A stretch of 64,000 bases of DNA, taken from positions 70,990,001 to 71,054,000 of the forward strand of contig OX597830.1 of the NCBI GenBank assembly GCA_951406725.2, in the 5' to 3' direction. The DNA comes from Octopus vulgaris (lineage: Eukaryota). The translations under genes and the position numbers were made by a program. The number at the start of each line of letters is the position of its first letter. Within the stretch, counting starts at the first letter, position 1. The notes under the pieces are model-generated. The model was given only the letters and a program-made list of their open reading frames with translations, did no database searches and was not told where the DNA came from. Positions 53,113 to 64,000 of this stretch are shown piece by piece.

Positions 53113-53557
53113 CCCCTATCTAACGGTACAGATTTTATCAATTTCGAAAAGATGACAAGCAAAGTCGACCTCGGTAGAATGTGAACTCAGAACGTTAGGA
53201 CGGACAAAATTCCGCAAAGCATTTTGCTCGGCGTTGCAATCAATTCTGCCAACTCACCTCCTTAATAACAAGAACACTAAGAAGAACATTATTACTTATT
53301 TCAACACCTCTGACCGCCGTTAACCGTCATCACCAACGCCTCAAGATTCAGCAAGAACAAAAGTAATGAAAACAGCAGCAACGAGTAGGGCGTCAAGAAG
53401 CCGCCGCCGCCGCCACCACCACCACCACCGCCGCCACCACCACCAGCACCGGCAGACCAATAACAATAACAACAACAACAATATTATCATCGTGGTCGTT
53501 GTTATACACTATAAGTAATATAAACACAATTTCAAGCCACATATCATTACCATCGCT

Positions 53558-53594
<37 letters not shown>

Positions 53595-53704
53595 ATCCAT
53601 CCACACAGAAGTCAATAACAAGCAAGAATAAAGACAACTAATGCTTTTATTACTACTGCCACTACTACTCCTTTAACAACAACAACATCAATTGCACTAC
53701 TACA

Positions 53705-53766
<62 letters not shown>

Positions 53767-53768
<2 letters not shown>

Positions 53769-54184
53769 ATTTTTTATTGCCGACAAGCGGCTAAACATAG
53801 AGGGGACAAACAAGGACAGACAAAGGGATTAAGTCGATTACATCGACCCCAGGGCGTAACTGGTACTTAATTAATCGACCCTGAAAGGGATGAAAGGCAA
53901 AGTCGACCTCGGCGGAATTTGAACTCAGAACGTAACTGCAGACGAAATACCTGTTTCTTTACTACCCACAAGGGGCTAAACACAGAGGGAACGAACAAGG
54001 ACAGATAAAAACGGATTAAGTCGATTACATCAACCCCCAGTGCGTAACTGGTACTTAATTTATCGACCCCGAAACGATGAAAGGCAAAGTTGACTTCGGC
54101 GGCATTTGAACCCAGAACGTAGCGGCAGACGAAATAACGTTCAGCATTTCGCCCAGCGTGCTAACGTTTCTGCCAGCTCGCCAC

Positions 54185-54185
<1 letters not shown>
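53767..54185 (-). mobile_element. SINE-B dimer inserted in an (ACT)n tract
   Basis: Junction at 53950/53951; (ACT)n on both sides. Confidence 0.9.
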
Positions 54186-54229
<44 letters not shown>

Positions 54230-54751
54230 TAACAAAAGCAATAGGTAATAACATTGATGAATATTGTGGTTATATGTGTCAGTTTTATCTGCTAACATTC
54301 ACTAAAGTAACGTAAAAGCATGTATTAATGTTTATTTTATACGTATTTTATATGATTGTTAATATAGTCTTTGTTGCCGGTTTTATATGGATTTTATATG
54401 AAGGCTAATATTCTCTTTGCGACCGGCTTCGGTTTAAGTGACTGCTTTTATCTTATTACATTTTATTTAGTAAAACTAAATTGATAGTAAATCGTAAAAC
54501 AAAAGGTTGGTTTCATGACGTTGAGAGTCGGAGTAGAAGAGGTTCCGTTTCCTGTATGTAGGCAAATAAAATGGAGACGTAAACTGGCGCTTTATGTGTA
54601 TGTGTACGTGAGCGAGTTTGTGCGTTCGTGTGTGTGTGTGTGTATGAGTATGTGTGTGCGTGTGTGTGTGTGTGTGTGTTTGAGATAGTGAATTTGGTGA
54701 GATAGTGATACTGATGATCATATATGCCTATATTCTTTTACTTTTTTTTAT

Positions 54752-54988
54752 TCTTTTACTCTTTTGTTCCAGTCAGTTTTTGACTGTAGCCATGCTGGAG
54801 CAGCGACTTTTGTCGAATGAAGCGAGCCCGAGACTTATTCTATATATTTATTCTTTGTACTTATGTGTATATGTGTGTCTATCAGTCTCTTTTGCCGAAC
54901 TGTTAAGTTACGGGCACGTAAACACACCAACATCGGTGTCGAGCGATGGTACTTGGAGACAAACACAGACACAGAAATACATACATAT

Positions 54989-55038
<50 letters not shown>

Positions 55039-55190
55039 GACGGTATTCTTTCAGTTTCCGTCTAGTAAATCCACTTACAAGACTATGGTCGGCCCGAGGC
55101 TATAGTAGAAGACACGTGGCCAAGGTGCCCCGCAGTGGGAGCGAACCCATAACCATGTGGTTGAGAAGGAAGCTTCTTACCAAACAACCA
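54752..55190 (-). mobile_element. SINE-C copy
   Basis: Family match. Confidence 0.85.
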
Positions 55191-55238
55191 TTATATGTGT
55201 GTGTGTGTATGTGTGTGTGGTGTGTTTGTGTGTGTGTG

Positions 55239-55269
<31 letters not shown>

Positions 55270-56468
55270 CATGTTTCAGTCATTGGACTGTGGCCATGCT
55301 GGTGCACAACCTTGAGGTGTTTCGTCGAACAAATCGACTACAATACTAATTTATTTTATAAGTCTGGTACTCATTCTATCGATTATTTTGCTGAATTTCT
55401 AAGTCACGAGACCGAAACAAACCAACGTCAGGTGCCGGATGGTAATATAGGAAAACACACGAACACAAAGACACATAAACCGTCAAATAATTGTTGATAG
55501 AACAGTATCAATATGCAAATTAGAAAGACCAGTTTCTCTTTGTCTCAATAAACATACAAGATAAAAAAACGTATAAGCTAATCGCCTCCCTTTGATCGAA
55601 AGCAGCGTACTCACTTCCTGCTAAATGTCTATCATTGCTAAAAGCTTATCAGAATGATCCCATTCTGTGTAGACCAAATCAAAGAGTTGAAACCGGTATC
55701 GTAACTTATGGCATAAACAACCAAGTCGCCCTTCCTCATAATATACTAAGGCTATTAGAGCATCACAAAGCATGACAAAATTCCTTAGAATATAACACAG
55801 AAAGCTGTTTCCATCGATATTCAAATTAGAAAGTAATACACATTTATACACAACACGTATAGAATGGGGTTTTTTTTTGTAAGGGCACACACTGTCTCCA
55901 GTAGATGATACGTATATGCACGGCCTTTACTCTCTCTGGCCATGCTACATTTTGCTTAATATAAAATTAAAACATTCATTAAAAATGATCAAAAAGAATT
56001 TAAAAAAACCCAAAAAACTGTGTTCTGCAGCTCTCTCTCTCTCTCTTTTTAAGAAACTTCATGGAATATTGAATTTAGTTAAATTAATTTAAATAATTAA
56101 AATATTTAGATAATTAAAAAATTAAATAATAAAAAAAAAATTGGCTTTATCAATTGGGTAATCTTGTCCATGGTGAATTGCATCCGAAAACTTACTGTTT
56201 CTGATTATAGATATAAGGAAGGATGAAGCAAAGTAGCTTGAGCCATACACACACACACACACTCATACATACATACACACACAACACACATGCTTGCATA
56301 CATAGATACAGATATGAATTATATATATAAATACACACACACACACACACATATATACATATACACATGTCTAAATAGATGTGTGTGCATGTTTGTGTGA
56401 TCGTGTCTGTTTATCTACATATATATGTGCAAGGAGGGGTGTATGTGCGTGTGCAGAGAGAGAGAGAG

Positions 56469-56505
<37 letters not shown>

Positions 56506-56687
56506 TAGACTAGTAGTTAGATATGAATACACATACATACATTCCTATACATATCCAAATACATATTCACAAATGTATACATGTATACGCACAGCTATAT
56601 AGATCTAGATATATATATATATACGTTTATTTATATCTGTTCGCACACAGGTATACGCACATCTCTGACACACACGCATAGAACTAA

Positions 56688-56743
<56 letters not shown>

Positions 56744-56939
56744 GTGGGATATTAGCTATGATATATTACGTCTAAAATGCCCTAGTCTCTCTCTCTTTTC
56801 CTTCCCTCTCACTCTCTGTGAGTGTGTGTATATTCATATATACATAATTATAATACATACATATATTAGTATATATATGTGTGTATATATAAATATATAT
56901 ACCTATAATATACATATACGATCTGTGTGAGCATGTATA

Positions 56940-57002
<63 letters not shown>

Positions 57003-57003
57003 A

Positions 57004-57044
<41 letters not shown>

Positions 57045-57046
57045 AC

Positions 57047-57078
<32 letters not shown>

Positions 57079-57412
57079 GTATATTTGTATGTATGTATGT
57101 ATGTATGTATGTATTACATGCCTTTCAAACATAAATTCGTAGTTATATGTAAATAAATGTCTATATATGCATAAAACCTTAATTATATATACATAAAAGG
57201 TTAATCATATATACATGTACGCCATTGAAATATAACAGTCTAGCCATATACATAAACAGAGAGACGTGAATGCATGAAACACTATATTACATAAAGACAT
57301 ATAAAGCTGAACTCTAACATTACGCGAGTGGCCAATTGCGTGTCTTTATACACCCCATGTGTGTGTATGTGAGTGTGTTATCTATATATACCTCTGTAGA
57401 TATACGGGTATA

Positions 57413-57479
<67 letters not shown>

Positions 57480-57664
57480 AAGCGTGCGTGTGTATTTGTG
57501 TGTGTGTGTGCGTGTGTGTGTGAGCTTTACTTGTTTCACTCATTGAGTATGGTATCAATTTATGCATCTCTTTTGCCTAAACCCTAGGTTATTAGGACAC
57601 AGAGAGATATGCAAATATCTGCATGCGTGTGTGTGTGCGCGCGTTTGTATATACACATATATAC

Positions 57665-57717
<53 letters not shown>

Positions 57718-57936
57718 CACATACATATATATGTATACATATAGTGTGTATAAAAAATATATATATATATATTATATGTATGCTTATATCTGTCTATCTA
57801 TCTACCTACCTACCTACCGACCTATCTATCTATCTATCTATCTATCTATTTATCTATTTGTCTATCTATATATCTATCTATCTATCTATCTATATCTATC
57901 TATATATATATATCTATTTATCTATCTATCTACCTA

Positions 57937-58063
<127 letters not shown>

Positions 58064-58144
58064 CCGATTATTTACATACCGAATTCTACCAGTAAATAAT
58101 TGGGGTTTTTTTAAAAGCCTTTATAGAAATTATTTACTCTTATC

Positions 58145-58208
<64 letters not shown>

Positions 58209-58937
58209 TATACACGCATATATTTGTAATAATAACATATATAATGTATTATATATGTATGCATATATATATACTTACATACGTGCATACGTTGTATGCA
58301 TGTATGTATGTATGTATGTACGTACGTAAGTATGTATGTATGTATGTATGTATGTATGTACGTACGTACGTATGTATGTATGTATGTATGTATGTATGTA
58401 TGTATGTATGTATGTATGTATGTACGTACGTACGTACGTACGTATGAATGTATGTATGTATGTATGTATGTACGTATATATGCATAAATAGCTTGCTGCA
58501 CTATCCGATATAAAATATTACAAAAATCTTATTCGATGATACTGTACACTATATAACGTTGGTCTGCTATATAATTAGCTACGTTAAACTTAATAAAGCA
58601 CAACGATGCAGACAACATAGAAATGTAAACCGTGTGTTGCTCCTAAGGCAAGCAGTTAACCCCAAAGGCATTCCAGCCGTGACTATCACGGCAGCATGGC
58701 ATATATAGAATTACGTTATCTCATGGATTAGCCATATGTGTAATTCAAGGCATATTTTTAGCAGGTTTGGCCACACGTTTTATTGATGGTTGATGTTGTT
58801 TTTTATACCATCTCGCTTTTTTATTGCTCTGAACGATCGATTAGTTATTATCATTATTTCAGGCTAATCAAATACAGTAGGCTGTAGATGGATACTGTTA
58901 TTTCTGCTAGGTAGTCGGAGGAGACGCGGGTATAGTA

Positions 58938-59162
58938 TATTTCTTTATTACCCACAAGGAGCTAAACACAGAGTGGACAAACAAGGACAGACAAAAACGG
59001 ATTAAGTCGATTACATCGACCCCAGTGCGTAACTGGTACTTATTTTATCGACCCCGAAAGGATGAAAGGCAAAGTCGACCTCGGCGGAATTTGAACCCAG
59101 AACGTAACGGCAGACGAAATACGGCTACGCATTTCGCCCGGCGTGCTAACGTTTCTGCCAAG
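58938..59162 (-). mobile_element. SINE-B monomer
   Basis: Family match. Confidence 0.9.
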
Positions 59163-59635
59163 CCTCCTTATTTGTTTGAGGGCTTTCAACCCTTTAGGAT
59201 TCAAACCGTCCATATCACGCACCAAATATTCATGTTTTATACTGAAACTAGCTAGATCAGGCCCATCTCACTTGCCCTATAATGTCATTCTAAAAATAGG
59301 CAATCACATGATTGAAATCTCAGAGCTAGCAGATAATATCTAATAAATTAAAAGCAATGTAAATAGATAAGCATTACATATGATAGAGGAATCTAAATGC
59401 TAAAGAATTAATAGCCATTAATACAAACACATGGTTATTAAATATGGGCCTGGATGGATTGTAGTTCATTACTGGTGTGTGTCGTATCCCAATTTTAGAA
59501 TTTTAGAAGACTAACTCGCTGGGTCGACTAAAAAGATTTTGGTGTCTCCATATATATATGTTATTCAAAATATAAACAATAATAAACCATAAAATAAATT
59601 TTTATTTTTCAAAATGAAACAAAACAGCATTTATA

Positions 59636-59858
59636 TTTACTCTTTTACTCTTTTACTTGTTTCAGTCACTTGACTGCGGCCATGCTGGAGCACCGCCTTT
59701 AATCGAGCAACTCGACCCCGGGACTTGTTCTTTTGTAAGCCCAGTACTTGTTCTATCGGTCTCTTTTGCCGAACCGCTAAGTAACGGGGACATAAGCACA
59801 CCAGCATCGGTTGTCAAGCAATGCTAGGGGGACAAACACAGACACACAAACACACACA

Positions 59859-59900
<42 letters not shown>

Positions 59901-60096
59901 TACGACGGGCTTCTTTCAGTTTCCGTCTATCAAATCCACTCACAAGGCTTTGGTCGGCCCGAAGCTATAGTAGAAGCTATGTTACGGGTACGTAAGCACA
60001 CCAGCATCGGTTTTCAAGTGATGTTGGTGGGACAAACATAGACATACAAACATACACAGACACAAACACACACACACACACACACAAACACACACG

Positions 60097-60154
<58 letters not shown>

Positions 60155-60319
60155 TACGGCAGGCTTCTTTCAGTTTCCGTCTACCAAATCCACTCACAAG
60201 GCTTTGGTCGGCCCGAAGCTATAGTAGAAGACACTTGCCCAAGGTGCCACGCAGTGGACTGAACCCGCAACCATGTGGTTGGTAAACAAGCTACTTACCA
60301 CACAGCCACTCCTGCGCCT
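59636..60319 (-). mobile_element. SINE-C with an internal tandem duplication of its middle segment
   Basis: The segment at about 59781-59975 is repeated at about 59980-60228. Confidence 0.9.
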
Positions 60320-60751
60320 AAAAGTTTTCTTTTATTTTTACTAATTACAAATTCTTTGAGCGTACCTCAAAATTAACCTCATGTAACACGTCTGATAGGT
60401 TTATATTTCGATCAAATAAACCTCTTCGGATATTATAGCAAGTTTAAAGTGATTTCTTTTATGCCGTAAGCCATTTGCAATTTCTATGATGTCCCATCTC
60501 CCTTGATGCCCTAAGTACGTGATTAGTTTGCTCAATGGTTAACCCTGTGCTGCTGACTCGGCATCAACAGGATTCGAGCATAGAAAGACGAGGAAGGAAA
60601 GTAGCTTGACCGATATACTACCGCAGTGTAACTTCAAAACCACAGATAAAAAACACTTTGATATTACTAAATTCAGATATGTGTTTTTGCATAAAATTAG
60701 TTGATTTGGTAATGTTTATACTCCATTATTTTCATCCCTTACTTGTTAAAT

Positions 60752-60787
<36 letters not shown>

Positions 60788-60792
<5 letters not shown>

Positions 60793-61002
60793 TTAAAGCA
60801 GCAGAAAATTCAACAACACCTATTACTCTGAGTTTCACGTTCCCGTTCGTCGGACAGTTTTTGCTAGACGAACGGGAACGTGAAACTCAGAGTAACAGGT
60901 TTTTTTGAATTTTCTGCTGCTTTAAATAAAGCATATTACTCTACTACTGGTATTTGAGTACTCTTTTTTCCACCTTGTTTCACATTTATGTGTTTACTCC
61001 GG
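60788..61002 (+). mobile_element. Penelope-like pLTR with inverted partial copy
   Basis: Arms 60788-60851 and 60867-60930, 15-nt spacer. Embedded in (TA)n. Confidence 0.75.
60820..60857 (-). ncRNA. Minimal type I hammerhead ribozyme motif
   Basis: CTGT-CCGACGA-ACG(GGAA)CGT-GAAA-CTC-A-GAG-TA^ATAG, with one G-U wobble in stem I. Confidence 0.7.
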
Positions 61003-61252
<250 letters not shown>

Positions 61253-61879
61253 CATATATACATACATATATGCATACACATACTCATATACTCACATACA
61301 TTTACACACACATACACACATATATATACGCGCATGATGTATTTATGTGTATATGAATTAAGCGAATGAATGTATAGATATGTGTTCACATATTGTATTT
61401 TGAGAGACTGGCCATAAAACAGTGATTATAGTTAGTTATCCAGTTTATAGCTTAATTAATAGAATTGTACAGCGATCAGTGTCCATATCAGAATATTGCG
61501 ACGAAAGGATTTTGCTTCTACTTAAAACTTAGTTAATTAATTGGATAATTGAAGACAATAACATATTATGCTTACGTTTATATGTATTTTATGTATGTAT
61601 GAATGTATGTATGTATGTACGTATGTAACTATCTATCTAGCTATGCAAACACACTCACACATATATATTTATACATACAACATACGTAAGTAAATATATG
61701 TATGTGTGCTTTGTGCGCCGTGTATATATGTATGTATATATGTATGCATATATGTTTGTATGTATGTATGTATGTATGTATGAGTGTATGAGTGTATGTA
61801 TGTATGAGTGTATGTATGTATATGCATATATATACATACATACACACACACACACGTACATATATATATATGCATATAT

Positions 61880-62330
61880 GGGTACAGGACGTCACAAACC
61901 GTAAACAACATGAAATAGGAAAACAAGTGAGTTGAATACGCAAACAACGAGAGAGACAAATGGAAAACAGGACAAGTAACATAAAGAATGACACTTCATC
62001 AGTTGTCGGCTGGTCATCTACTCCTCATTTCGAGCATTGAACGACAATATGTGTCTTCGAAGGCAGTTGCTCCCTCAAAAGCCAAAATAAAATTTGGGAT
62101 TTAGGGAGGGTCAAAGTTGGTAGCAAAAACAGGAACGTGGAGACATACAACGAAACCGAACGAAAACAAATATGGAGGTCGCTAGACAGAGACGAAAGTA
62201 AAATAGCGAACGCCGGAGAAATATTTTCTTTGACAAGAGAAAAGATAGAAGAGAGAGATAGGTAGGATACCTGCAGGCTTTACGACAACCGTGAAGTAAA
62301 AGGAAGATGATCACGTGAAGAAAAGAAAGA
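61880..62330 (-). mobile_element. Unclassified interspersed repeat fragment, related to about 29045-29160
   Basis: Shared GACAACTGA(T/A)GAAG...CTTT(A/G)TGTT motif followed by a T-rich tail. Lies between microsatellites. Confidence 0.4.
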
Positions 62331-62400
62331 CATATGTGTGTGTGTGTGCGTGTGTGTGTGTGTGTGTGAGTGTGTGTGTATGTATGTTTGTGTGTGTGTA

Positions 62401-62806
62401 GTCGCAGGAGTTGCTGTGTGGTAAGTAGCTTGCTTACCAACCACATGGTTTCAGGTTCAGTCCCACTGCGTGGCACGTTGGGCAAGTGTCTTCTACTATA
62501 GCCCCGGGCCGACCAAAGCCTTGTGAGTGGATTTGGTAGACGCAAACTGAAAGAAGCCCGTCGTATATATGTATATATATATATGTGTGTGTGGTTGTGT
62601 GTCTGTGTTTGTCACCCCAACATAACTTGACAACCGATGCTAGTGTGTTTACGTCCCCGTAACTTAGCGCTTCTGCAAAAAACCCGTGAGAATAAGTACT
62701 AGGCTTACAAAGTATAAGTTCTGTGGTCGATTTGCTCGACTAAAAAAGGCGGTGCTCCAGCATGGCCGCAGTCAAATGACTGAAACAAGTAAAAGAGTAA
62801 AAGAGA
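62401..62806 (+). mobile_element. SINE-C, full length
   Basis: Family match. Confidence 0.92.
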
Positions 62807-63060
62807 GAATATATATATCTTCAGTCATAAATGACCATTGGTTTGCACCTAGAATGTTCCCTTCCGAGGCGCAAACAATTTTGGGGAGAACCAGCGGTCA
62901 CCCATCGACACCAGTCTTCCCTTTCCACGTCACCGATGTTATCCAAGGGAAAGGCAAAGGGGCCGATACAGCTTGGCACCAATGTCCTCGCAACTCATTT
63001 CTACAGTTGAGTGAATTGGAGCAACGTGAAATAAAGTGTCTTGCTCAAGAACACCATACA

Positions 63061-63231
63061 GGCGCAGGAGTGGCTGTGTGGTAATTAGCTTGCTAACCAA
63101 CCACATGATTCCGGGTTCAGTCCCACTGAGTGGCACCTTGGGCAAGTGTCTTCTGCTATAGCCCCGGGCCGACCAATGCCTCGTGAGTGGATTTGGTAGA
63201 CGGAAACTTAAAGAAGCCCGTCGTATATATG

Positions 63232-63264
<33 letters not shown>

Positions 63265-63493
63265 ATGTGTGTTTGTGTGTCTGTTTGTCCCCCTAGCATT
63301 GCTTGACAACAGATGCTGGTGTATTTACGTCCCCGTCACTTAGCGGCTAGGCAAAAAGAGACCGATAGAATAAGTACTGGGCTTACAAGGAATATATCCA
63401 GGGATCGATTTGCTTGACTAAAGGCGGTGCTCCAGCATGGCCGCAGTCAAATGACTGAAACAAGTAAAAGAGTAAAAGAGAGAGAGTAAAGAG
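63061..63493 (+). mobile_element. SINE-C, full length
   Basis: GGCGCAGGAGTGGCTGTGTGG head through to the (TAAAAGAG)n tail. Confidence 0.93.
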
Positions 63494-63640
63494 TCTGGTC
63501 CGTGAATTTCACTCAGTACATCACAATTCTGAGCCCGACGAGCAACTGAGCTATGTGCCTTCACCAACTAATTAGTAATACATAAAAAAATACGCACTCA
63601 TTTTCACACAATCTCACTCGCATAAACAGCTCTAAGAGAA

Positions 63641-63672
<32 letters not shown>

Positions 63673-64000
63673 AAATACATGGTCATAGACCTCAGAACAA
63701 GTCCACACACACACACACACACACACACGTACACAGTCAAACGGAGAATCGCACAAAACAACATAAAGATGCCTATAGCAGCATACCAAACGCAATTAAT
63801 CTTAACTAAAACACGAATAAAATCTTATATCTATATTGTGAAAGCGTATGAGAGTGCGTCTATGTTCTATGTATAGGTGTATGCAAATGTTAAGTTGATT
63901 GTTTTAACGCAAGTTTACGAATAAAACCGTGTTATTTATTGAGGTGTGAATTCAATATTGAAAGTAAAAAGAAATTTGTTGTAAAATACGTGAGATAGGG

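Noticed and set aside
61990-62040. Permuted (type II) hammerhead from GAAA...CTGATGA on the minus strand (similar at about 29055-29080)
   Set aside because: The core words are present but I could not form convincing stems I-III.

Overview
AT-rich, microsatellite-saturated eukaryotic DNA. The repeat families look like those of a coleoid cephalopod, most likely Octopus; this is recognition from memory, not a database search. The window reads as intronic or intergenic: no host protein-coding gene can be called with confidence, and nearly all track ORFs are translations of simple repeats. Contents: (i) about 20 copies each of two abundant tRNA-type SINE families (my labels SINE-B and SINE-C) plus a third group (SINE-D); (ii) decayed non-LTR retrotransposons of the RTE and R4/Dong-like (RLE) types; (iii) an internally deleted mariner transposase, MITEs (one carrying a (CCCTAA)n tract) and a Helentron/HINE-like end; (iv) short Penelope-like terminal fragments in (TA)n tracts. 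Two observations stand out. First, these fragments carry minimal type I hammerhead ribozyme folds with a variant CCGANGA core and a compensatory stem II change, often arranged as perfect fold-backs. Second, SINE-B repeatedly inserts at one fixed site inside its own head, building tandem arrays of about 184 bp units. A few unique islands carry candidate exons, promoters or enhancers at low confidence. No CRISPR array, rRNA, true tRNA gene or prokaryotic system was found.
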